A DNA stretch of 64,000 nucleotides from NCBI GenBank assembly GCA_030390025.1, contig CM059438.1:66156001-66220000 (forward strand), given 5' to 3'. The notes below the pieces were generated by a model. The model was given only the letters and a program-made list of their open reading frames with translations, had not been told where the DNA came from and did not search any database. Of this stretch, positions 40,005 to 52,414 are shown one piece after another; positions within the stretch are counted from its first letter, which is position 1, and each line of letters starts with the position of its first letter. The position numbers were made by a program, and so were the translations under genes. Source of the DNA: Squalus acanthias. Lineage: Eukaryota.

Positions 40005-40415
40005 TAGTCTCCTGTGCTCGCTGACCTACATTGGCTCCTGGTTAAGCAACGCCTCGATTTTTAAATTCTCATCCTTGTTTTCAAATCCCTCCATGGCCTC
40101 ACCCCTCCCTATCTGTGTAACCTCCTCCAGCCCCAAAACCCTCCGAGATATCTGCGCTCCTCTAATTCTGTGCCTTCAGCTGCCGAGGCCCTAAGCTCTC
40201 GAATTCGCTCCCTAAACCTCTCCGCCTCGCTACCTCTCTTTCCTCCTTTAAGACGCTCCTTAAAACCTACCTCTTTGACCAAGCTTTTAGTCATCTGGCT
40301 TAATATCTCCTTATGTGGCTCGGTGTCAAATTTTATTTTATAACACTCCTGTGAAGCGCTTTGGGACGTTTTACTACGTTAAAGGTGTTATATAACTGCA
40401 AGTTGTTGTTATTGT
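40005..40415 (+). mobile_element. L2-type LINE 3' end
   Basis: PVLADLHWL..FKILILVFKSLHGL; tail GCAAGTTGTTGTT. Confidence 0.8.
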
Positions 40416-40819
40416 TGTAGTGTACTGAACATGTGGTTCAGTTCACATTAAAGAGTGACAGGGAGAGAGCCTTACATTGTAGGTTATGGACAACCCAGAG
40501 TCAGAAGAAGAATTTGTGTTCTTAATTCAAATTAACAGTGCTTGTAGTTTGTCCTATAATTTTTTTTGAAGGATCATGAGTGCCTCAGTGGGGAGTTTTT
40601 GGAGAACAAAGTAGGAATGGCCGGTTGTACCCTGCCAGCTATTTGCCAAAGGAAGTTCATGGCACAACAGACCTTCTGAACCATTGACTGATGCACTGCG
40701 CTTTGCATAATTTGCTCTGTATTTATAACACACACAGTGACCAGGGAGCGAATGACACTTCAGGCATTTACACTGCAGGAAGGGATCTGCTGGTGGTTTC
40801 ACTTTCGAGTTCCTATGAT

Positions 40820-41295
40820 TATAGAGAGTGCAGAACAGATTTACTAGATTGGTACCAGGAATGATGGACTTGTTATGTGGAGAGATTGGTGAAGCTGGGG
40901 TTGTTCTCCTTAGAGCAGAGAAGGTTAAGAGAAGATTTGATAGTGATGTTTAAAATCATGAATGGTTTTGATAAAATAAATAAGGAGAAACTTTCCATTG
41001 GCAGAAGGGTCAGTAACCGGAGGACACAGATTTAAGGTATTAGGCAAAAGAACTAGAGGCGACATGAAGACATTTTCTTTTATGCGGCGAGTTGTGATCT
41101 GGAATGCACTGCCTGAAAATGTAATGGAAGCAGGTTTAATAACTTTCAAAAGGGAATTGGATAAATACTTGAAGGAAAAAAATTTGCAGGACTATAGGGA
41201 AAGAGCAGGGGAGTGGGACTAATTGGATAGCTCTTTCAAAGAGCCAGCACCGGCACGATGGGCTGAATGGCCTCCTTCTGCGCCATTACATTCTA
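40820..41295 (+). mobile_element. CR1 3' fragment
   Basis: Same subfamily as 2330-2860 and 58930-59150. Confidence 0.8.
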
Positions 41296-41929
41296 TGTAT
41301 CTAACTTACGGATCACGACAAAGTATAAATCATTTCACTGAGGCACTAATGTCGGTGTGTAAACGGGCTGCAGGCATACTCCAGCCAATGACCTGAAGCT
41401 GACGTCGAAACGCTATCCGCAGACTCTTGTTATCGTGCACACTGACCTCAGTCACACACCACATAGCTTCCGTGCACTTTCGACAATCGAACCATGACAT
41501 GAGACCCGAGTTGTACTGTTACTTTTAATGTGACTGTGCACCGAAAGCCATATCACATCAACATGTATGACTGCACATTCAGTATTTTGAATGAAAAAGA
41601 AAATTTAGGAGGAGCTGTGATTGATGCACAGACTGCATCCTTCTACACAATTCTAGTGGATTGGGTTAAACAATAATATCCTGAATAATATAAATACCTA
41701 TTTTAAAGCAAAATGATTTATGAAAAATCGAGATTGTCTTCAGATCAAACTCTTGAAAACCAGGTCCATTTCTGCCCAGGTCCACTGATCACAATGAATG
41801 GACAATTAGCAGTGCTGATTGAATCCTTGATGTGAAATGTGTGCATGTTTAATTAGGAAATCCAAGATGATAATAACACCCCCTCTAGTTAGTCCAAGTA
41901 TCAAAATGGAGCACGAACTAAAGCACTTT

Positions 41930-42420
41930 GCCAGGGCCCACATGATCCACTCTGACCAGTCCTTCTGGGCTGCTCTGTCCACAATGATATCCATCTGGTC
42001 TGGGACCTGATCCACCTTTCCCTGAGGACTGGACTGTGCACGTCTTCCTTTCCCTGGATCAGAAGGCGGCGTTCAACAGGGTGGATCACAAATATTTATT
42101 CGTGACTCTGCAACCTTTCGGTTTCGGGCCGCATTCCATCACCCGGGTCCGACTTATGTATGCTGCCACAGGGTGTCTAATTAAGATGAATGGATCTTTC
42201 GCTTTTGGGAGAGAAGTGCGTCGGGGTTGCTCCATGTCCGGCTAATTATATACAATCTACATCGAGCCTTTCCTGCGCCTCTTGTGAAAGAGGCTGTCGG
42301 GACTGGCTCTGCACGAGCTGGGCATGGAGGTTGTCTTTTCGGCCTACGCTGACGACCTCCTCCTCATGATCACGGATCCTGTTGACTTGTGGAGTTGGGT
42401 GCACGAGTGCCAGCAGGTGT
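41930..42420 (+). mobile_element. L1/Tx1-clade reverse transcriptase fragment (degenerate)
   Basis: Motifs FLSLDQ-KAFNRVDH, GREVRRGCSMSG (GVRQGCPLS-like), IEPFL and AYADDL, with stops and frameshifts. Confidence 0.75.
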
Positions 42421-43750
42421 AACGAAGACAAAAACAACACAAATGGAGTCTTAACAAAATAATCCCCAGTAACTGAAACCTTGATGGCTTTATTCACATC
42501 TATGACTACCAATAGATCCTGTCTTATAGAAGGCACTGTCCTCAGATCAGACACAAAGCTTTCATCTAATCTTCAGAATAAAAACCGACACAGTCAAGTG
42601 TTTGAAGGACTCCTACATGTGAATCTCTTTTAAACGTTTTTTGTTTCTCCAAACATAAAGAATTGTTCATGTGAAAAGGAGGAACCGTCACTCAGACCAA
42701 CTGTTCTTGTCACTGGGTCAGGCCTAGTGCCCAATGCGACCTGTCACAATTGTCCGTGCAGCATCTCCTGTCTGGGAAACGATGTCAAGGTGCTGGGAAC
42801 ACACCGTCGAAGTTGTCTCAGTCCGCACGTATCACGACGGGCCCTGATGCAGCAGTACCAGTGCTATTCCATGGTTTTTTTTTCGTAGCTCTACTAATGA
42901 TTAAAGTAGACAGCATGATACACTCTGCCATCAACACTGACCCCATAAAAACAGTGTGTCACTCCGTTTCAACCGCAGCTGCAGAATGGAAGCCAGACAT
43001 AAATTGTAAGTAAATACAGAATCATGTGGGGGAAAAAAACAAATCCAGGGAAACCTAAGATTTAATCTATTGTTGTCTGTGTCTTTTATATCCACTGTTA
43101 GCAGTTAAAGTTTCAGTCTACCATTCAATGATGATCTTCCTGTTCAAAACCTTTATCTCACCGTGAAATATGGAAAAACCGTAATACAATTGTTTCTGCA
43201 CAAGGAATCATATGAGCAGACAGTAAATATATGTTGGACACATTTAACAGTCATGGGGGGTTTAAAAGGCAACTATGTTTCTCAATCTTTGAAAGTGAAA
43301 GAGACCGCATCTCCAAACTATTCAGGAGGGTCAATTAAAATTAAATTAAAACTCACGTTCCTTTGCAATAGCTTAACCTAACAGAGGAGACTTCCTTCAA
43401 TAGGTTTAAAATATCCAATTATACAGTTGGAATTTCAGTTCAAACATTTGATAGCTTCCATTTAAGTTAATGAATTAGTTATTGAATAAAACTATATGGA
43501 TCTGGAACAGCAGGGTGAGTATGTTGCAAGTTGACCAAGGGTCACAGATATAAATTGACACCTCACAAGAGGCATTTAAAGAGCCTCACTCTATACATTT
43601 GCTTCTCAGTGTTACGGCTGTGGGGTTTGAGTGTCAATGAAGGAAGTCAGTTTCTAATGTGAGACCAGGTTTGTGGCCTCTTAGTTTGACTTTCAAGTGG
43701 GAGCCTACCCTTTCTCTCCTCTACAGACAACACTGCCTTTACAATAGTTG

Positions 43751-43969
43751 CCATGATGCGGAGATGCCGGTGTTGGACTGGGGTGGACAAAAGTGAGAAG
43801 TCGCACAACACCAGGTTATAGTCCAACAGCTTTATTTGAAATCACAAGCTTTCGGAGTGCTGCTCCTTCGTCAGGTGAAGTCACCTGACGAAGGAGCAGC
43901 GCTCCGAAAGCTTGTGATTTCAAATAAAGCTGGTGGACTATAACCTGGTGTTGTGCGACTTCTCACTTT
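43751..43969 (-). mobile_element. Palindromic Penelope-like insertion with 13-bp TSD
   Basis: TSD TTTACAATAGTTG at 43738-43750 and 43970-43982; 90-bp arms (43789-43878 / 43881-43970, 2 mismatches); unpaired 38-nt tail at 43751-43788. Confidence 0.85.
43876..43922 (+). ncRNA. Minimal type-I hammerhead ribozyme motif (mirrored on the minus strand)
   Basis: Helix I UGAAGUCAC/GUGAUUUCA; core CUGACGA (43885-43891); helix II GGAGC-AGC-GCUCC; GAAA (43906-43909); palindromic AAGCUU; predicted cleavage between 43913 and 43914. Confidence 0.75.
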
Positions 43970-46609
43970 TTTACAATAGTTGTCAGCCTTCCAGTATGGA
44001 CTGACTAGTCCAGCTTTGGAGTGGAGGGAGGGGTCTGATCATTTCTAACCTGGCGCTGAATGTCTAATTTGTAAAACAAAAGTCTTATCTTTTTCCACTT
44101 ATTCTTGTGCCTTATAATGTCAAGGCATTAGTTGTCAAAGATTCCAATTAGTATTCACTCGTAGAAAGAGAACAAATGAGAAGTCAAACCACAATACCCG
44201 CCCCTCCTGCGTCCCAGTCCAACTTCTATCCAGTTGTTGCTGGTAGGCCTAGCCGTGACAAAACAACTGTCTTGCCAATGTGTTCATTTCTCCACTTTCC
44301 CACTGTTCATTTTTCCACACCAACCATCCACTGCCAATGGCGAACAACCTACCCACAAGCCTCTGACAAAGCCACTCTTTCTTGGGATGGTAGCAGGTAC
44401 GTGGAAACAGTCTCAGCTGGCAACTTTTACAAATGTTCCTCCCTACCTATGGAAAGAACTTTACCCATAACTTGGCACATCCCTATACCATTGCTGAGAT
44501 TGGGAGAGTATAAGTGAAACCGCTATCCCACTTCTTCAGCCCAATGTATTGGAATTTTAATTTGCTTTGCTACACCATTGGGGCAATTATTTTTTGTTAA
44601 ACAGTGTTTACTAAACTGCACTTTATAAAGTGTTTCTCTGTATTAACCAAAGACATTTACAGCGTAGACGGAGGCCATTCAGTCCATCTTATCTGTGCCA
44701 GCTCTTTGCTAGAACCATCCAACACTTCCCCATCGCCCTGCTGTCTCCCCATAGCCCTGTTTCTTTTTCTGCTTCAAATGTATATCCAATGTATTTGCAA
44801 ATTATCCAAATGATTTGATGCAAATATTCTTCATGTGATGTCATCTGACAGAAATGATTTGCAACTGTTCCTCCATTTCCTCTTTTACCAAAATTAAGAC
44901 AGTGCTTCTTTAACCCAAACCCTTCTTTGCCTCCCCCTGCACCCCCCCCCCCCCCCCCCCTCAATTTTATTCCCATCTGCCTCTCAGAAAGCGTTGACTC
45001 TTTGTTGGATACGGTTCTATTGGTGCCAGCAGCCTTCCAGTATCTCACCCAACTGGCTATTCTTCATGCCTAAGACTCGACAGTAAGTGTAAACACTCTA
45101 TTATGACTATGGTTGGCAACCAATCTCAATCTAATCCTGTTCCTCACCTGTTGCCCAAATGCCAACAGGTGCCACCGGATGTGATCTGCAGCAAGGTCTT
45201 TGGCTGGTACATTTTTTTCCTTTCTTTTACTCCCAGATATGGTGAAGCCAATTCTAGCATCTCAATTGCCATCCTAAATGAAATCACCTAACTCAGCTCA
45301 GACCAGGAATTGAACCAGATTATTTCAGTGTTTTGGGGCTCAATCTCATACCAAGCAGTGCACCTAACATCTCTTTTTAAAGAATCTAAATATAATGAAA
45401 GAGTTTATTGTGAACATATCAGTATGGATGATGTTTGGCTTTAGGCCATCAAGTGCATTGCAGATAGACCTCATCTTATTCTTTCCAGGGATTTGCAATG
45501 CAGGGCTATTTATCTCATTAGTGAGCATTAGTCAAAGCCTGCAACTTGATGGCTAATATGTAGACTCTGTAAGGCCATGAAAGGCTTGAGAGGTTGTCAA
45601 TTGATGATAGAAGTTAAAGAAACCCTCCTGTTTAAGATACTAGAATTTTCAGTACAGTTATAAAAATCACTCTTGGGTGATTCCAAGCTAAGTTATCATA
45701 GAATTACATAGAATTTACAGCACAGAAACAGGCCATTCAGCCCAACATGTCCATGCCGGTGTTAATGCTCCACATGAACCTCCTCCCACCTTACTTCGTC
45801 TTGCCCTCTCAACATATCCTTCTATTCCTTTCTCCCTTATGTACTTATCTGGTTTTCCCATAAATGCATCAGTCACTGAAATATACTTTCTACTGAAATC
45901 ATCTTGCAAATCATCAAGCAATTCTTAAAACTGTTTACACATCTGTAATTCATATAAGCAACAAGTGAACAAAAGCAAATTGGGGATTAATGTCTGTTGC
46001 AGATATTATTGGCACCATTTACAAAGCATTAGAAGCATGAATAATGGAGGAGATTAGAAGGTTCAGTGCTCTCAGTCATTGCTCCAGAGCTGAGAATTGA
46101 AATAAAAGTCTGGTTCTGTGCCTATGATGGCTCAGTGGATAGATGCGCCACCAAGTTCCAAACATTAGGAAACAAGACTGAAGACCAAATATTATATGAA
46201 GAAAGAAAGAGGGGGAAATAGACAGACGGTATAAACGAGGCTCACAATACCTTTATAAATGCAACACTCAATGTGATATTGAGCATTATGGATCAGAAAG
46301 CTCACAGATTTGATCACTTACATGTGCGGAGCTGACTGATTTTAGCAGCTGTTGGGCATCACAATTTATCCACAGGCTAGGAAGGGTAATTATCAGCTTC
46401 TCGTTGTTAGCCATTGAGCTCTGATTGAAAGCTCACATCATTGTCTGCGATGGCTTGTTTAAGATTGTCCAGGCTTGCACATGTGGAATAGAGCACTGAA
46501 AGGACCCATGGAACTGTACTGCAGTAATGAAGAGTCTGTACCTTCAGGAGCAGAAAAAAGTAGAAAGAAGCTTTCAAAAAAATCTGGTCCTGGACTCTGA
46601 AGAGGTCCC

Positions 46610-48190
46610 ACTGCGTACAGTTTTGTTCTCCTTATTTAAGGAGGGATATACTTGCATTGGAGGCAGTTCAAAGACGATTCACACGGTTGATTCCTGAGAT
46701 GAGGGGGTTGACTTATGAAGAAAGGTTGAGCAGGTTGGGCCTATACTCATTGGAATTTAGAAGAATGAGAGGTGATCTTATTGAAACATATAAGATATTG
46801 AGGGGGCTCAACAAGGTAGATGCAGAGAAGATGTTTCTCCTCATGGGGGAATCTAGAACTAGGGGGCATAGTTTCAGAATAAAGGGTCGCCCTTTTAGAA
46901 CTGAGATGAGGAAAGATGGTTGTGGTGGTTGAAGGTCAATCATCACAGCCCCAGGACATCGCTGCAGGAATTCCTCAGGGCAGTGTCCTAGGCCCAACCA
47001 TCTTCAGCTGCTTCATCAATGACCTTCCCTCCAACATAAGGTCAGAAATGGGGATGTTTGCTGATGACTGCACAGTGTTCAGCGCCATTCGCAACTCCAC
47101 AGATAATGAAGCAGTCCATGCCCGCATGCAACAAGACCTGGATGACGTTCAGGTAATATTCACGCCACAGAAGTGCCAGGCAATGACTATCTCCAACAAG
47201 CGAGAGTCTAACCACCTCCCCTTGACATTCAATGGCATTACCATCGTCGAATCCCCCACTATCAACATCCTGGGGGTCACCATTAACCAGAAACTTAACT
47301 GGACCAGCCACATAAATACTGTGGTAACAAGAGCAGGTCAGAGGCTAGGTGTTCTGTGGCGAGTGTCTCACCTCCTGACTCCCCAAAGCCTTTCCACCAT
47401 CTACAAGGCACAAGTAAGGAGTGTGATGGAATACTCTCCACTTGCCTGGATGAGTGCAGCTCCAACAACACTCAAGAAGCTCGACACCATCCAAGACAAA
47501 GCAGCCCGCTTGATTGGCACCCCATCCACCACCTTAAACATTCACTCCCTCCACCACTGGCGTACCGTGGCTGCAGTGTGTATCATCTACAAGATGCACT
47601 GCAGCAACTCACCAAGGCTTCTTCGGCAGCACCTCCCAAACCCGCGACCTCTTCCACCGAGAAGGACAAGGGCAGCAGGCGCATGGGAACAGCACCACCT
47701 CCAAGTTCCCCTCCAAGTCACACACCATCCTGACTTAGAAGTATATCGCTGATCCTTCATCGTCGCTGGGTCAAAATCCTGGAACTCCCTACCTAACAGC
47801 ACTGTGGGAGTACCATCACCACACGGACTGCAGCGGTTCAAGAAGGTGGCTCACCACCACCTTCTCAAGGGCAACTAGGGATGGGCAATAAATGCTGGCA
47901 TTGCCAGAGATGTCCTGATCCCATAAACAATTTTTTTTTTAAAGGAGGAATTTCTTTTCTGAGGGTTGTAAATCTGTGGAATTCTCTGCCCCAGAGAGGC
48001 GTGGAGGCTGGGCCATTGAAGATATTTAAGATGGAGATAGACAGATATTTGTAAGTTAAGGGAGTGAAGGGTTATGGGGAGCGGGCAGGGAAGTGGCTTT
48101 GAGCCCAAGATCAGCCATGATCTTATTGAATGGCGGAGCAGGCTCGAGGGGCCAAGTGGCCTATTCCTGCTCCTATTTCTTATGTTCTTA
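46610..48190 (+). mobile_element. CR1 3' fragment split by a second LINE
   Basis: CR1 sequence stops at ..GAGATGAGGAA (about 46913) and resumes at GGAGGAATTTC (about 47944) through to the CTTATGTTCTTATG tail. Confidence 0.85.
46914..47943 (+). mobile_element. 5'-truncated non-LTR retrotransposon of a different CR1/L2-group family (RT C-terminal half plus 3' UTR)
   Basis: 278-aa ORF with [17 protein letters not shown] and RSVMEYSPLAW; 3' end GGGCAATAAATGCTGGC with a T/A-rich tail. Minus-strand tails of this family lie at about 29660-29900 and 37420-37465. Confidence 0.85.
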
Positions 48191-48741
48191 TGCAGTGCTC
48201 ACTTGTATCTTGGAGGTTATGGGTTCATAGCTCATGACTACATTACAATAGTGACTACACGTCAAAACTACTTAATTGGGTGTAAAGTGCTTTGGGACGT
48301 CCAGAGGGTGTGAAAGGTGCTATATAAATGCAAGCCTTTCTTTCTTACGACTGATCATGTTTGTTGTCTGGGTGACCAGCTTGAGTATTGTATGGCTTCA
48401 GAATATTGAAAATGAACTTCTGATTGAACAGGAAAAAAATTGTTAAATAGATGTATGCCTATTGTCTGTTTATAAATGAGCAGCAGTGACGATCAGTTCA
48501 GGTTGGGAATCCAAAAGACTAATTATTAAATTGGGTAGAGGTGAGTGAGCACATGGTGTAAAAGGAGGAAAAAATAGAAACAAATATAGAATAAAGTGTC
48601 TCACACAAGGCAATACTCCAGTAAACTGTGCCATTAATGGATTCACACCTATGTAGATTTCCCAATTGTAGCCGTGCCACTGGACAGAGACATTCTGACT
48701 GGAGGCCAACTACTCACCCATTAAATAAAGAAGAAAAAACC

Positions 48742-49815
48742 TGGCCTGGATTTTAGCCTGGAGGCGTGTTCTGTGCTGGGGGGGAGGGGAGGAAGGGGGG
48801 AGGGGAGGAAGGGGGGCGAGGGGAGGAGGGGGGGGCGAGGCGTGAAGGGGGGCGAGGGGAGGAGGGGGGGGCGAGGGGAGGAAGGGGAGCGAGGGGAGGC
48901 GAGAGGAGGAAGGGGGTGCGAGGAGAGGAAGGGGGTGCGAGGAGAGGAAGGGGGGGGCAAGGGAGGAAGGAAGGGTGGGTGAGGGGAGGGGCGGGGTGAC
49001 TGTTGCGAGGTCGGACAACTTGGAAGAACGGGTTTCCCGAACGTCCTGCAGAATTTAACTGCAGGGCCCTTTTAAGTGGGGTTCCCGCCCACAGGCAGCC
49101 TGATTGACAGGCTGGAGGCCTTTCGGGCAGGAAGCCTGCTTCACAAGCCTAGGAGAGTAGGCAGGTGTATTTGCAGGAGTGAGAGAGATCGTGGGGGAGT
49201 TCAGATCGCCTGGGTGGGTACGGTTTGCGGGGGGGAATCCAATGGTGGTCTGGAGGGTCCGATTGTGGGGGAGGGGTCCTATGGGGGTCTGGGTGGTCCC
49301 GATTTTGTGTGTGTGTGGGGGGGGGGGGTTGTCCGATGGGGGTCTGAGTGGTCCCGATTGCAGGGGGTCCCATGGTGGACGGGGGGGGCAGATGGTGACC
49401 TGGAGGGCGCAGACAGATCGTTTGGGGGGTGTGGTTTACTGGGTAGGTTGCTGGGCCTAGAGGAAACACTCCTGCTCCTGCTGGCCCACAAGCAGTCCTG
49501 TAAAGGCACTTACCTTATGGATTCAGCCCTTCATGCCTCCTTTAAGCTGCCAGGTTTCTCAAGGCCTGTGAAACCCGGCCGCTTGTGGTTAAAAATAGAA
49601 TGATTGTTAAAATGAAGTCAGGCAGCCTTATTATAATATTTAAATGACCAGCCCGCTTCCCACGACCAGATTGGTCGCCCGCCCCTCATCCCGCCGCCAT
49701 TAAAATCGGAAGTGGGCGGGTTTGAGGCGGGTTCAGTTCCTGTTGCAGAATTTTTGCATTTCAACCTCTGACCTGACCCCACCCCACCCGTTTTTTGAAG
49801 TTAAGATTCAGCCCA
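48742..49815. mobile_element. GC-rich TIR element containing a G/A-rich tandem tract
   Basis: Termini GGCCTGGATTTTAGC / TTAAGATTCAGCCC; right half homologous (inverted) to 14195-14560. Confidence 0.55.
48778..48996 (+). repeat. G-rich polypurine degenerate tandem repeat
   Basis: Repeated units such as GAAGGGGGGCGAGGGGAG over about 220 nt. Confidence 0.85.
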
Positions 49816-50175
49816 CTAGTAAGACACCACAAAGCCACTATTGGACACTTCCTAGTGGACAGTTTAGGGTGTTATTGACTGGTAGCAAGTTGATTGCCTG
49901 CCATCTGGGTGGGGATTAATGTTTTTAAAATGGGAGGAGGTTAAGCAAATTGTCTTGGGAAAAGTTTAGACTTTAAGGTAACCCAATTAAACTTTGCAAG
50001 ATTATGAAGGGGATTCAGAAATTTGAACGTGAAAAACTGTGAAGGCTTCAAATGCCAGAGAGGCACGAATTAAAAGTGAGGAGATTAGGGTTCAGAAGGG
50101 AAATTAGTCTTTTAGAATCTACAATTAAGGAGGGCCATTGACGTAAATCATACAAACAGGTTGAGTCAATTTAAT

Positions 50176-50921
50176 GGCCCAAAATTTGCCTCCGACCGGT
50201 AAAAAATCTACGAATTTGCCTGCTGGAGCGGGAGGTATGGAGACTTGCGATCCTGGGCCTCTCTGGGTCCGCGCGGGCAGAGCCCCACGTATCCCAGGGG
50301 TGCAGGCGGTTCGCAAGCGCCCCTGGGATCACGTGGGCCGGCCCAACCAATAAAAGAAGGGAATCCCCATTCATACTTATGGAGGTTCTGTATGTACGGA
50401 AACCCCATAAGTATGACTGGGGATCACTTAAAAAATATACCAACACATGAAATAAATATTAAAAAAAATTACACATTTAAAATATTTAATTAAAATGCCA
50501 TTTAATTAAATATCTTAAACAAAAATTTTACTTTTTGAAACAAAAATGTGTATGTTTTAACGGGGCTAAAAATAAACTTACCCTATTGGACAGGGTTTTT
50601 AATGTATAAATGAGTGATAAAATTTTATTTTTTCTATTTTTTAAAACTCTTATGCTGGTAAAAGCAGGCCTTACTGCTTTTACCAGGCGTAAGAATTTGA
50701 CAGGCATTCAGCGGGCGGACGTTGGGCAAATAGCGCAACTCTCCACCCGCAGAGGCCCGTCTCCCGGGGATGCGGAGGATCTGTCGAGAAGATTCTTGAC
50801 AGATCGCAAGTGCCGGGTTTTAGCGCATGCGCTTCGCACGCCTAAACCCGGAACTCGCGCGGCCCCTACGGGCGCGCGCACACACGTCGTACGCACCCAT
50901 AGGGGTTGCAAAATACGGCCC
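50176..50921. mobile_element. MITE-like element with GC-rich arms and AT-rich core
   Basis: Termini GGCCCAAAATTTGC / GCAAAATACGGCCC; CpG-rich ends and an A/T-rich centre. Confidence 0.55.
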
Positions 50922-52414
50922 ATTGTGTTTTGAGAGAAGGAATGAGTTCAGGGATACGGTGATAAAGTAGGTGGGGTTGAGGTCAATCAAAAAGGGTTGA
51001 GCTCACTGAGTCAAGTGAACTTTTCTTCCTTTTTTAGGAAGAGAGGATTTGTTCTATAAAGACTAACAATCCAATCCATAGTAAATTAACTGAGGTCTTG
51101 CAGTCTCTTTCCTATCTATGCCCCAATAGCGCACTGTACCATTACCTTATTCATACTGGATGGGTTCCAGGCTACATTTGGATTGTTTAATCCTTACCTT
51201 GCTCCTTCTGAGCAAGTGCACCATGTTCAGTTACAAAACATTGTGTTAATGAGCTTGCCATCTCAGTTACTATCCATAATAATGTAACAATCCACCAAAA
51301 TGAAACTGCACACTAGACTCGACATTTATAGAACTGTAGCAAAAATGCCTGCTTCAGTTCTTTTCTTGCCAATTTTCACCCCTTCTCTCTGGAAGCGTTG
51401 TTTCCATGTTGAAGTGTGGGTGAGAAGCACTGATCCTCCTCTTGTACCTCACCTGAATGGCCATGATCCCTGTGTGAGCCTTGACGGTGAATGTCAGCAA
51501 GCTATTCGTTCACAGGGAGCGTCACAGCTGGTGTTGGTCCTGTCCTCGCCCAATAACTGAGTGCTGGGCTGATCGATCGCGGGCAGGAACCCGCGAAAAA
51601 AACAGGAACAAGAAAGGTAAGTTTTTTTTTTTACTTACCTCGGCCACCTCGCCTTTAATCATCGCCCCTGAAGCGACCGGCCGCCTGATGCACACCTCCT
51701 GCAGCTGTCGGTGTTTTTGACCGGCGCTGCTGCAGGGGGCGGAAGTCAATTTCGGGTCTGGGCGATGTGCAAGGCAACGACGTCATGATCTCCAGGCGAA
51801 GGAGATCAGGGCGTAACGCCGTAGCACTGTGGCAAAACTCCCGCCGAATATGGCAGGAGTCGATGTCAGCGCCACGGCCGGTCGCAAACCCATTTGCGCC
51901 CCGTTACCCCCCCCCAGGGGCGCTAACGGGAGGCGCAAAGGCACCCAATTTCACCCCCCATTGCCTTTATTTTTAAAAGAGCACAGGGCTGATCATTCGC
52001 CATAACTTTGGCGGAGACCGCGGAGCAACGACGGAAAAGCAAGGTAGTCGACTTTGGACGATGCAGGGAACTCCCACAGAAATTAATGCCGCTTTTTATT
52101 TTGGTCAAACATTTGCCCCATCTGTAATGGGGTCGAGTTCTAATCTTTGACAAATCCATTCTTCAACCAAATTGTGAAAGAGTTGTAAATTTGGCAGCTT
52201 TGTAATCAGCTGATTAGAGATGGCATTAAAAAGAAGCAAAGGTTTCAGATCCACTTTATTATTTGCCTATGATTCAGAACATTGCAGTTGAAAAATAAAT
52301 GAGGACCCGTATGGTGGTGAGTCACATTCAGTGCAGAACATAGTCTGCAGGATAATGTCTACAAACCTGAAACTAAATGAATATTTCACAAAATGAAATG
52401 TAAAGGAAATTAAA

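Noticed and set aside
46916..47752. 278-aa RT ORF as a domesticated gene or retron-like system
   Set aside because: It is a 5'-truncated LINE piece lacking the RT N-terminus and a real start context, it keeps its retroposon tail, and it is nested in a CR1.
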